Positions 26,103 through 38,270 of a stretch of DNA of 64,000 bases are shown piece by piece. The stretch comes from Podarcis tiliguerta (lineage: Eukaryota). The first letter of the stretch is position 1; each line of letters starts with the position of its first letter. The notes below the pieces were generated by a model. It had not been told where the DNA came from. It was given only the letters and a program-made list of their open reading frames with translations, and searched no databases. Position numbers and translations under genes: made by a program. The stretch is from the NCBI GenBank assembly GCA_965153285.1, contig OZ229113.1; one strand, 5' to 3'.

Positions 26103-27180
26103 AATGTTATCTGAGAAGCCATAATTGGTTCCTTTAATTGTTACTCTTAAAATATAAAACTGATTTTAAAGGAGAGAAAGGAAAGCGCTACAAGCCAAGT
26201 CTTAAGCTAAATAAAGAGTAGTATGAACAAACAGAAGGCACTGCTGCCTTGGGCTTGTTTGTTTTTTAGTGTCTGTCCTAATATATGCAAAGATAAACAA
26301 TAATACATATTTTATAATGGTAACATACTCTTGCACACACCTTCCTGTTGAAGCAATGGTGTAAGTTGTTAATGTTTAGGAGCTGGCTCCCATGAATAAT
26401 TTTCTAATTATTAGTTATTATTTATTTGTTGCATTTCTATCCCATCTTTTTCTTCAAGGAGCTCAAGGTGGCATAAATAATTCTCTCCCTTCTCATTTAA
26501 ACCCCACAACAATCCTGTGAGGTAGGTTAGGCAGGAGCTGGCCCAAGTCCACCCACTCAGCCTCTCTACACCACACTAGATCCAAGAGTTTCAATATTGC
26601 AGTGCGACAGCATTGGTATCTCTTCCAAACCCTACCACAGAAATACCAGAAAACATACGGCAAGCAAAATAAACCTTACCAGCGGGAAATACTTTTCTAA
26701 TTAATATAGGATTGACAGAAAACTTCCCCCCTAAATTTTTTAGTTCTAATAGAGAGCTCTATTTTTGGAAGGCAATGTTAAGCTCCTTTTAATATCCAGT
26801 TTATTCTGGTGAAAGCCTTGAACAACATGAAGGCCAAGCGATGAACTGTAGTAATGATCCAAGAATGATCAAACAGGACATATTCTCTTTTATCTGTGTC
26901 TCTATCCAGCATTTTTAGCCCCAACAATTCAATTGCCACAAGGTCAAAAACTACATAAGTGCTCCCTTCTTTGTATGCAAAATGAGTCACCCACGGATTT
27001 CATTGATTTGGAAATGTCTTTTCTTGTTTTTGTCAGTAGTGCTTTCTTAAAAGTGCTCTACCAATACTTTTAGTGTACTGGTGCAGGGGAGGAGAACTCA
27101 TTTTGACCCATTATATTTTATGCATCATCAGACAGTTCTTTCTTTCTTTTTCTTTATTTTTTACTGGTCACTGGCAAATA

Positions 27181-27420
27181 CAGTGGTACCTCTGGTTATG
27201 AACTTAATTCCTTCCGGAGGTCCATTCTTAACCTGAAACCGTTCTTAACCTGAGGTACCAGTTTAGCTAATGGGGCCTCCCGCTATCGCCACGCCACTGG
27301 TGTGCGATTTCTCTTCTCATCCTGAGGTAAAGTTCTTAACCCAAGGTACTACTTCCGGGTTAGCGGAGTCTGTAACCCGAAGTGTGTGAAACCCGAGGTT
27401 TGTAACCCGAGGTACCACTG
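27181..27420. mobile_element. Tc1/mariner-type MITE
   Basis: CAGTGGTACCTCTGGTTA...TAACCCGAGGTACCACTG with TA TSDs. Confidence 0.9.
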
Positions 27421-30400
27421 TAGGTCTGAAAGACGGAAATACTTTTTGGAACAGCCTAGTTAGCATTGTTGAAGTGACCCAACGGCAGTATTCAAAAGCC
27501 ACTAAAAAAGGAGTGCCAATATATTTTGAATCAACAAATTACCCCCATTAGGTTTGTGCAGTTATTTAAACTAGTGAGGGTTCTTACAGTCTAATTCTAC
27601 TGTGGTTCCACTGGTATCAAGTGCTGGTTTGGTCCCCTATGCTGAGGCAGCCACCACCTCTAAAGCAAACAGATAAAAGCCACACCAGAAACTGAGTCTA
27701 ACTGGAAGCTAGTCCTTCTGTAAAGCATTGGCTAAAAGACAGTCAATGGGTCTCCCTTGGGAAGAACTTCCATAATTTTTAGAGCCATCACTAAGAATGC
27801 TTCATTGCACATCCCTTCCTGATCTTAACTGACACATGGATGATGTTTCCAGTAGGCCATCCCCTGTCAGTTTTAAAGGGCTCACGTAAGTAGTGTTTTC
27901 CCCTAAGGTATGCAGGACCCGAGTTGTTTAGGGCATTCAGAAATCATCAATGTCACTTTGAATTGTGCCTAGGAGCAAACTATACGAGTCATATTTTGCA
28001 GCATGTAAATGCTTCACTTCCAAGCAAGGTCTGCTAGATATCAAAGCAAAAATAACCTGTCATCTAAATGACAACGCAGGAGAAGAAAAATCTCAATTGA
28101 TAAGAAAAGTCTGGCAAGAAAGTAGGCTGAATAATTGTACTACTAGTCAACTGTTGCACAGAAGATTCTCCCAAGGTGGGAGGAAACAAACAAACCATTT
28201 AACAGTTGCTAATCAAGTGTCATGTTTTGATTAGAATATTAATAGCTCGTAGAGATTTAGAAGACTCTATCTACCTTTCACTCACAAGAGACATACAAAT
28301 AAGATAAAGATACATCACAGCAGAAAATTCACCCAATAGAAAGAATGAGCTTACTAATAATGTTCGGACACAAGCTGTAGCCTCAGAACATACTGGGCTT
28401 GCTATTTTTCATGTTTTCATGTTTGAGATCAAATTATTAATGGTGAAGTCCAATGGCATCTGCTTGCTGGCAGAACAGACAGCATTGGTGGAGTGGATTC
28501 TCCTTCCCCTTGCAGTCCTGCAGACCAGATTTTGGGTGGAGAGAAGGGGAAGTCCATTCATGCAGCATTAAGATCTCCCGCTAAGTGTATTCACTCCCTT
28601 AAATTTGGTATTCATTTGACTGACAAGTTCAATTGTCTTTTTAAAGTTGGAATTCTTATTCTTCAGTGAGCAGAGACTGGAATTTTATTACAAGAGGTTG
28701 CTTCCCCCCCCCACCCCCCACAGTGGGTTGCCATTAGCATAGAGTGCAGCCATCAAGAGATGCTGCTTATTGTTTCCGACTCAACATTCAGCCAGTCTGT
28801 CTAGGTTAAAGGAAAAAATAACTCTGAACACCTGCAACAGCACTCTCCCGAGAACCATTAATTAATAATTACATCTATGGGACTAACAGTGGGGCATGCT
28901 CACCAACCATGGAAGAGCACACACTTCCAAACCGTTTCAGCGGTATCTCTAAGTAGCTGTCCAATAGGTTCACTGTTGTTTGGAAGGAATCGGATACCAT
29001 TAGAAAGATTTCAGTGGTCTCTTGTGCTTTTTATACAGCAATGATGTGGCAGCCCTTAGACTGCTCCATTGATCAATATTTAATGGAACATCACTCCTTT
29101 CTGCTCTCTAAAGAAGTTTTTTTTTTTTTGTCCTCTTTGCTTCGCATCTATTATATTTTCTGTCAATCAAAAGGTTTCCTTGGGGAACAAGCAAGGAGGA
29201 TAGTTCCCACCCAAGTAAGAGCAGCAACTGGAACATATTTAATACAAGAGTTTGGCTGCTCAGAATAAGAAGCTCTCTCTTAACCTAAGGAGTCAACCAG
29301 ATCAAATAATGCGCTAGACCTCGTTATAACAGCCAGAAGAATATAAAGGACCTTTCAAAATTTACAAATGAATAGCTATTTCACATTTGTTGCACGGGAT
29401 CCAGATTACCCTTCTTTAAAATCAATGTCAAAGATGGCACAGTTTCCCAGCATTCAACCTATCAACATATTATAACAGCTGGGAAAATTTAGAATACGGT
29501 TATACACTTCCTGGATAATGCCTATAACATCACTTATGACAAATCCTCTAATGCCAGGACCTATTATCTTTAACAACACTGCTCAGCCTGCAAAATGGGA
29601 ACTTGCAAAACCAAATAGTTTCAAGGCACAATAAAAGGGGCCTCTCTTAAGCTTCACTTCAGCATAGCATTCAGATATTGGCCTAATGCATATGTTACTT
29701 GAACTGGTGCAGCCAGGGCCAGCCCACCCATGAGGCAAGGTGTGGTGACAAGCGGCAGAACCCATAGGAGCAACAGATCCTGATTTTATTTCATAAAATT
29801 TATACCCCACTTGATTGGAAAAGGGGGGAAATGAGAAACCCTCAAAGCAGTTTACAAAAATTCAGATCTTAATTCCCCCTTGTTCCTGATATAGATCTTC
29901 ATTTACCCCTTCTTCCCAAGCAGGCAGGAGGACACCATTTTGTGGTTTGCCTCAGGCTCCAAAATGTCTTGGGCAGCACTAAAATGCCTTGGGTACAGCT
30001 GCCATTCCAACTGTGGCTATTTCTGCACACTCCAGGAATATACCATCATAGGATTCTTTTTTTTGGGGGGGGGGTGTAATCTGGATATCATCTGTGGGTC
30101 CCTTTCAAATATGTGCTTTTATATCTGTAAAGTGGGGTTCTTCAGAAAGAAGAGCTGCTAAAGGGGTCACATTAGCCTCAGTTAAGTTAATATCTCTAGC
30201 CAAATATGTGAAGTATCTCTTGCATGACTAAGGAGTACAGGGAACTGATAACCACAGAAGCTATGAGCCGAAGATGCTTCCAGAAGGCAGGCACCTTCCC
30301 CAGCTGGAGGTGATGTCATCAGCAAGTGTAAGAGAAGACAGACCTGAGCCAGTCTCATCTGGGGCTGGGAAGAAAGAGAGGCATGGCCTGCTCTCTGTCC

Positions 30401-30865
30401 TGAATCCAAAGCTTATGGCATTTGCAGGGGGCTTTCTAGAAATCCAATTGGGGAGCAAGATCAGTTGAGAGCATTAAGAATGTGAAGCCTTTTATCATAT
30501 GCTCTGTTCATGTTATCTGTCTAAATAAAATTATCACAAAGACACCAATGTCTACAGTGACCTTCATTCCAAGGAACTCAAGCCTGAGGTACATGCTGGC
30601 ACCCCTGAAATCTACCACTGCTCAGAGACTTGGTTGAACATAACAAGATAAAGCATCTGTCCTTAAGGTTTCACTGTATGAACTTCCAGTGTTGCCCAGA
30701 ATCAGTGCTGGAGGGTACTTGCAATCTCTCGCCATGGCAGGATTCCCTAGCTTAAAATCATTCCTAAAGGTTGATCCAGTGTCAAAATAATAATACAGTA
30801 AAAGCTCAGAGAGAGGGAGGGGGGGGAGAGAGAGAGAGACAGAGAACCATTCTCCACTGCCTAAT

Positions 30866-31058
30866 ATTTCTGAAGGGTTTCGGCCCAGAGACAACTTCAC
30901 CACAGTCAAAGAAGCACTGGTCAGATCCAGCATTCGGGTTATATGGGCCGGATACCTAACACCCCATTCAGACAGGTAAATCATTCCTCTCACCTCCAGG
31001 CAGAGCTTGGGGCGAAGAAAAGAGAGATTGAGTGTATTGCTTTAGGTAACAGAGGAAG
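30866..31058 (+). repeat. 193-bp direct repeat, copy 1 (copy 2 at 31550-31742)
   Basis: Manual alignment gives about 7 substitutions in 193 bp; the copies exactly flank a BovB insertion. Confidence 0.95.
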
Positions 31059-31549
31059 CATCTTAAAAAGCAGAGACATCACCTTGCTGACAAAGGTCCG
31101 TATAGTTAAAGCTATGGTTTTCCCAATAGTGATTTATGGAAGTGAGAGCTGGACCATAAAGAAGGCTGATCGCCGAAGAATTGATGCTTTTGAATTATGG
31201 TCTGGAGGAGACTCTTGAGAGTCCCATGGACTGCAAGAAGATCAAACCTATCCATTCTTAAGGAAATCAACCCTGAGTGCTTACTGGAAGGAGCACTCAG
31301 CTGAGGCTCCAATACTTTGGCAACCTCATGAGAAGAGAAGACTCCCTGGAATAGAGCCTGATGTTGGGAAAGATTGAGGGCACAAGGAGAAGGGAATGAC
31401 CAAGGACGAGATGGTTGGACAGTGTTCTCAAAGCTACCAGCATGAGTCTGACCAAACTGCGGGAGGCAGTGGAAGACAGGAGTGCCTGGTATGCTCTGGT
31501 CCATGGGGTCACGAAGAGTCGGACACGACTAAACAACAACAACAACAAC
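31059..31549 (+). mobile_element. BovB (RTE) LINE, 5'-truncated, with small deletions
   Basis: SILKSRDITLLTKVRIVKAMVFPIVIYGSESWTIKKADRRRIDAFELW translation and (CAA)n tail. Confidence 0.95.
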
Positions 31550-31742
31550 ATTTCTGAAGGGTTTCAGCCCAGAGACAACTTTACCACAGTCAAAGAAGCA
31601 CTGGTCAGATCCAGCATTCGGGTTATATGGGCTGGGTACCTAACATCCCATTCAGACAGGTAAATCATTCCTCTCACCTCCAGGCAGAACTTGGGGCGAA
31701 GAAAAGAGAGATTGAGTGTATTGCTTTAGGTAACAGGGGAAG
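31550..31742 (+). repeat. 193-bp direct repeat, copy 2
   Basis: Matches 30866-31058 at about 96%. Confidence 0.95.
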
Positions 31743-34473
31743 AGAGCCACTAAGAAAAAGTTAGAATCAGAGTTGTAGAGTTGGAAGAGACCCCAAAGGT
31801 CATGTAAGTCCAAACCCCTGCAATGAAGGAATCACAGTTGACATTGCTGAAGGAGGCTTGGCCATTTCAAAAAGCCAGGCTCTTCTCCCTGTTCTTTGAA
31901 AACTGTCGGCTTCAGCATAAATGTAACTGGAGGAGTGGGACACCACCAAGTGATTTTCCCAACTCTTTAGATGCAACACACAGCTGCAAGCTAATCGTAT
32001 CTATAATAAACTTGCAGCATCAGTTTAAAAAAAAGAGAGAGAGAGAATGTAGGAGAACACTGCCATGAACTGTCAGTTTGTGAAATATATTCAGGGGGGG
32101 AAATATTCATTTATTCTAAATATGTGTTCCTTTCGGGTAGGCCAGGAGATTGATTTCCAGTAAAGCGGAACTCACTCCTTCAAATTCCAGTAGACAACTG
32201 GCAAATGGAGCTAAAGCTAACTCTTTAGGACAGTTTCTCTTTGCAAATGCAGAATGAAACACAGAGTTGACAGCTGGCCACGGCTCAGTATAAGAGCTCT
32301 GTATGCACAAGGTCCCAGGCGTCTCCTGTTAAGGTAGTCTTAGGATGTAACTAGGAAGAGAAGCCCTTGCTGTAAACCTTGCAAAGTAGACAATACTGGG
32401 CAAAGATAGGAAGAACAGTCTGAAACAGTATAAGCAACTTTATTATTTGCTAATTTTCAACATCAGTTACAGATGAATAAATGTGTTTTCAGAGCTGGCT
32501 TGTTTATGGCACACTTATTTTTCAAGGTGATGGCTGACCAAGCATTGTTGCGGATCAGTTTCACATTATATTCCAATTTGATTACCATACCCTGTTGCAC
32601 TCAGTTCTCTCCTCCGAACACCAAGATTTTTAATAGATTTTGGCAGCCAGTCAGTACTAACAAAAAATTCCATAGCAGGCGATATTAATTTCAAAAATTA
32701 ATTTAATTTTTTAAAAAACAGCTATGAGGTCTAGTCCCATTAAATCTAACTGCATGATTAAATGTTAGAAGGTTGAAACTCCACTGAACTTTTGATATTT
32801 AAAAAATAATAATTAAAAAGGACAATCTGCAATATCCAAACAATTTTCTACGACCAATTGCATGTTTAATTATTTTGCAGCAGTTTTTCTTCACTTTCCT
32901 CATTATTTATAATGCTCCTTTGGGTCTAACAGGGTTCTTCAAGACAGCTTACAATAAAAAATTGTATGTCATATTATTAAAAAAACTAGAACGTTCAGTA
33001 ATTTCGGTGAGTTACTGAAGTTATGGACAGTCTGTTACACCATTCAGCTGACTGTGCTTGTTTCAGTTAATCCATGCATGAAATACCTGAATGTTTCAGC
33101 ATCTTGAGAGTGAAGGACTTATGTTTGGCTTTCAGTGCTACACAAGTCAGACTTGAGGTGTTTGATCATTGGCTAAGTATGGAAAACACCTTAAGAATAA
33201 CCAAAATAAATTGAAGCCTGCGAAAGAGAAACATGAGGACCAGAAACGTAGACAAGAATGATGTTGATACAGGATTTTCCCTGAAACCCATTTGATTGTG
33301 TCCAGAGATGCAGGCATAATAATCAGCAAGAGGAACTGTTACATCTTTTTGAATTTTAGAGAGAATCATAAGATCGATGCAAGTTTTCAGACATTGGTTT
33401 TGCTTTGTGACTTTAAGTATAACTATTGGTTTTATCACATTGTAAGAAGCCAGTAGCTCTAATTGAATAAGGTTCTATCAAAGGGAAAGGGTCAAGACAG
33501 CAGGATCTTTGAGTGGAACCTATTTACAAAAACCACTGTCAACTGCTTGTTCCAGAAAACTTGATAATCTGATTTGCTGCTTGACAGTTGCTAGTGCATT
33601 TCTTACCCTACAAATAAACCACTGTACACACATTGCCCTTTCGGGGGGAAAGCCTGTATTTGTACAATCCGCATTCTGCCGCTTTCTATAGCGACTTGGA
33701 AAGTTGACTCGCACTTGAAGATCAACGCCAAGGAGTTGTCCAGCAACATCTTGGCAGTAGTTCTCCATGGGGGAAATGCCAATTATGCCTGGCCTATAAC
33801 TGCTAAATCTAAATCTCAACTTTTAAGTACTCATTTGAGATATTCTAAAGCACACAAGCTTTAGAATAAAGCCTATTCATTACCCCTGCATTTCAGCAGA
33901 CTAATGCGAAAGACAGGACAACGTATTAGGCTGCCGGCAGATCTTAACCAATACGAGAATATTTTAGGACACGTCCAAGATAAAGCAGTTTGCAGGTAAA
34001 CAGCATACCAGACATCCAGATCTGGTATTTGGATATTTAAATTCAGTATGTATGTATGTATATAATTAACACACACACATATACACCAGCTCTTCCTTCT
34101 GTCTTTTCATTTCAATTTCTCCTCTGGTCAGAATTAAGAGACAGTTTTGTTCCTACTTGTTCTCTCTATTGCTGATTTGCAGGCATGAGTGTGGATCCAA
34201 AGTGGTACACAGAGAGAGAGTGACTTGGAGAAACCTCAAGATTTGCAAAAAAAGGGGGGAGGGTGGATTGTTATCAAAACAAAACTCCTAACTGGAGGAA
34301 ACCTACAAATTAACTCAAGGAGGATTGAGCAAACACAGAAGCCACAGACTGTTGCAATGGGTATGCAAAAGAGGAAAAATCATAGTGCAGTGTACGGTTA
34401 GCTGACTGGCACAGAGAAAAGGCCTATACCATACTGCAACAGGGTTTACTCATTGGTCCCACTAACTGGACTG

Positions 34474-35066
34474 TCTTGCCAGAGTGGTGCATGCTCTAGT
34501 GATCTCTCACTTGGATTACTGCAATGTGCTCTATGTGGGGCTACCTTTGAAGATGACCCAGAAACTACAACGAATCCAGAATGCGGCAGCTAGACTGGTG
34601 ACTGGGAGCAGCCGCCGAGACCATATAACATCAGTCCTGAAAGACCTACGTTGGCTCTCAGTACGTTTCAGAGCACAATTCAAAGTGTTGGTGCTGCCCT
34701 TTAACACCCTAAATGGTCTCAGCCCAGTATACCTGAAGGAGCATCTCCACCCCCATCGTCAGCCCACTGAGGTCCAGCTCCAAGGGTCTTCTGGTGGTTC
34801 CCTCACTGCAAGAAGTGAGGTTACAGGAAACCAGGCAGAGGGCCTTCTTGGTGGTGGTGTCTGCCCTGTGGAACGCCCTCCCATCAGATGTCTAGGAAAT
34901 AAACAACTATTTGACTTTTAAATGACATCTGAAGGCAGCCCTATTTAGGGAAGTTTTTAGTGTTTGAGGTTTTATTCTGTTTTTAGTGTTCTGTTGGGAG
35001 CCGCCCAGTGTGGGCAGGGTATAAATAATAAATTATTTATTTATTTTTATTATTATTTATTATTAT
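34474..35066 (+). mobile_element. L2 LINE 3' fragment abutting the DCLK1 exon-2 donor
   Basis: VHALVISHLDYCNVLYVGLP...KLQRIQNAAARLVTG..RRDHIT.VL..L.WL.V.FR..FKVLVL is the L2 RT C-terminus; AT-rich (TAT/TTTA) tail ends at 35066. Confidence 0.9.
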
Positions 35067-35072
35067 ACTGAC

Positions 35073-35448
35073 CTTCCACCAGCTGGTCTAAGGTGGTAAT
35101 CTTCCTGACTCCATCAATGGTATAGATTGTTCTCACACCCTGGGGCAGATTGACGTTATCAGAGAGAGTCCGAGTCAGATCAGCCAGCAGGGCCTCGAAA
35201 GATCTAAACCGGTCGGGAGAGATGGCGTATACAATCCCTTTGAAATAGCGGTCCCCGTTGCGATAGAAGCGGACTTTCTTGGCTTTCTTCTCGGAGCTGA
35301 GGGTCTGTAGGGTGCGGGTGCGGTAGAAGCTGCAGTGGGCACTGTGGGTCGGGCTAGGCAGGCCGTTCACCCGCGACCCTCGGCTGTAGCGCTGTGCTTT
35401 GTCGCGCTCGTCAAAGTGTTCCAGCTCCATATCTCTCCCAAAGGACAT
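35073..35448 (-). CDS. DCLK1: DCLK1 first coding exon (exon 2), N-terminal doublecortin (DCX) domain
   Basis: Translation [113 protein letters not shown]...LDQLVEG is the DCLK1 N-terminus. Donor GAAG|GTCAGT (GT at 35072-35071), phase 1, 376 coding nt. Likely acceptor CCTTCCAG| puts the exon start at 35462. Confidence 0.98.
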
Positions 35449-37935
35449 CTTGGAAAGTTAATCTGGAAGGGGCGAGAGAGCAGACGTGGCAGAGACTGAT
35501 CAATATGCACTGTAATTATGCAGCAACCATATTAAAACACCGAGGATTTAGGGCTCTGCTACAACCAACCTGAATTTGGCCAACTCTTCCCGCAATGCAA
35601 GAATATTTATACAGTACACTGCTTAACGGCAATTAAAGAAAAACTCTGCAAGTGGCTTGTAGAAAATGTTATAAAATATTCATTAAAAGCAGCCATAAAA
35701 AACAGGCTTTTTAAAAAGTAGACATAATAAAATTATCAGAATACAGATAAAAGCCAATTGATTTTTTAAAAAAATAAGATAAAATAAATGCATATAATTA
35801 AAATTCATGTTTGAGTAGACTTGCCTAATCAAAAAATGAGTGCTTAATATCAATGGGCAGGGAGTTCCAGAGACTGCCACATAACTATTACCACTAATAT
35901 TATTATAACTGAAATTATATACTGCCTTCCACTTCAAGACGTAATACCAAGGCGGTTCACAAACAAATAAAAGCCAACAGCAAACTAATAAGAATAAAAC
36001 CAATTGAAAAAATACCCATAATTAAGATACACAGTAAAACGATAGTCTTCTTGCAAGTGAGGAACGTACATTATGTATGGCCCTTGTAAGAGGATTTAGC
36101 TTACTATAGAAAGGAATGGGCCACCAGGCACCAGCTAAGCAGGGGAATGGAACAAGATATTTTACATTAGATAGCACATAAAAACAAGGTGGAGGGTCAT
36201 TCTTTATTCATTATTGGCTTAACAACCAATCTTGCATTTTTATTAAAATAAATAAAATGTTTGCTCTGTCTCCCAAGCACATACACACACAAAAGGTGCC
36301 TGTCTGCTCCTCAGTCAGCCTTGAGTGACTTTCTGTTGTATTACCAGCAGTATCTGAGATTCTTGCTAAATGAGACTCTATCAAGCCTGCTAGAAAGGAC
36401 TTAAGCACGGCTCTGCTCAGCACAATCAAGATAGAGATTTTACTCAGGTGCTGCTGCGACTCCAGACTTGTTCTCCAATTTAATGGTCTTGTGGATTTGT
36501 CACAATTTCCCCATACTTTAATGGAGAACCTAATCACCAAGAAAGTCAGTCTTTCAAGATCTAGCACATTCAATTCAGGACTGGGGCACAATCCAGCAGT
36601 GTGGTTTTCCACTAAAACATATGCAGGACCAATGAAAGCATGTTCAAGAGTAGATAGCTGACAGTGCAGTCCTATGCATGTCTACTTGGAAGGAAACTCT
36701 GTCGAGACTTACTCCCAGGGAAATATGTAAAGCAAAGACCCTTTTGGCCCTCCAGATGTTCATTTGCCCTGGACACCGGCCATTCCTGCTAAGGCTGATA
36801 AGAGCTGTAGTTCAGTAACCTCTGGAGAGCCAAAGATTCCCCACTCCTGCTCTAGATTTTGTTGGTCAGTATGGCCACTGATCAAGTATGATGGGAGTTG
36901 TAGTCCAGCAGTATCTGAAAGGCCATAGATTCCCCACCCCAGTATACAGAATTGCAGCCTTATCTGGAAATTCACAGGCAGAGGTTAATTATTATTTTTA
37001 AAGTTGTCTTAGGGCAGACTCTGCCAACTTGGTGCCCTCCAGCTGTTTTGGCCTACAACTCCCACCAGCCCTAGCCTGCACATAAATTTAGCAAAGGCTG
37101 TCTTAGATCAAGGGTTGCTTCTGTTTGTTGCCATCTAGGTTCACTGACTGTTCAAAATGTTTTCATGGCAAACAGCCTGTGGGTCAGAGACAACTCTGCC
37201 TAGACCAGTTCACAGTTGCCATGCATTTGCAAATCCCCAGCCTGTTAGCTATCGCCAGTCTTATCTCACTAAATGAAAATTGACTCCCATCTCAACCTGC
37301 ATGTATACTGAGGTCATCTTTGGAGGTACTCCTCCAGGTGTCCCTTTTATCTGGAGCGAGGTGGGTAGTGACTGTCTTCTCAATTGTGGTGCCCCACTTA
37401 TAAACTCCCTTCATTGCTCTGCCCATTTTTGCCTCCAGCTCCATCAGGCCAGGGACCCATCTAGTCAAGCATCCTGTTCTCAATGGCCAACCAGATGCCT
37501 ACTGGAAACCTCATTAGGAGGGCCTCGGTGCAACAGCTCTCTCTCTCCACCTGTGATTCCCAGCAACTGGTATTGAGAAGCATCCTGCCTCCAGCCATGG
37601 TAGGAGAACATAGTCAGCATGGTTGAAAGACTGTGACAGCCTTACCCTTCCTGAATTTGCATAATCATCTTTCACAGCTCTTGCCCACCACTGGTATATG
37701 GTTCCCAGAAGGCTGCCAAGTAAGGAATGTTGCCTTCGGGCAGAAAATGGTTCCCCATCCCTGATTTAAAGCAAAGACAGTCATAGAAGAATGGTAGCCT
37801 ATATAAGGCTCACAGTATATAAAGCCCATTTCCTTGAAAATGCAGGCATGAAGGGAGTGGAGACTACCCCAAAAAAGCATTGCTATCCTATACCAAGTTA
37901 GGTTATTAGGTTACCTCATTCATCATTATCTAAAT

Positions 37936-38270
37936 CAGAGGTTTTCCCCCTGGGACCACTTGAAAATGGCCTTGGCAGACCACTTAACCATTTTTCTGCC
38001 TGTTGTACTAACTGTAACGTGCTGTGCAAGAAGCAGTATGATTTTTAGTTATATTTTTATTGCTTCTTTTATTTCTCATATTGTATTTTATTGCCATTTG
38101 AGTTCTGTGGACTTCAACTTCTAATGCAACAAAATACAATATGAGAAATAAAAGAAGCAATAAAAATGCATTCAAAATCCATATGAATAGTTAATGCAGA
38201 CATGCCAGAGACCACCTGAATGAATCTTACAGACCACTGGCAGTCCATGGGCCATAGTCCGAAAACACTT
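37936..38270. mobile_element. palindromic non-autonomous DNA transposon (hAT-like)
   Basis: Long internal inverted repeat TTTTTATTGCTTCTTTTATTTCTCATATTGTATTTT / AAAATACAATATGAGAAATAAAAGAAGCAATAAAAA. Confidence 0.6.

Noticed and set aside
34484-34921. 145-aa ORF
   Set aside because: L2 reverse transcriptase fragment that frameshifts part-way.
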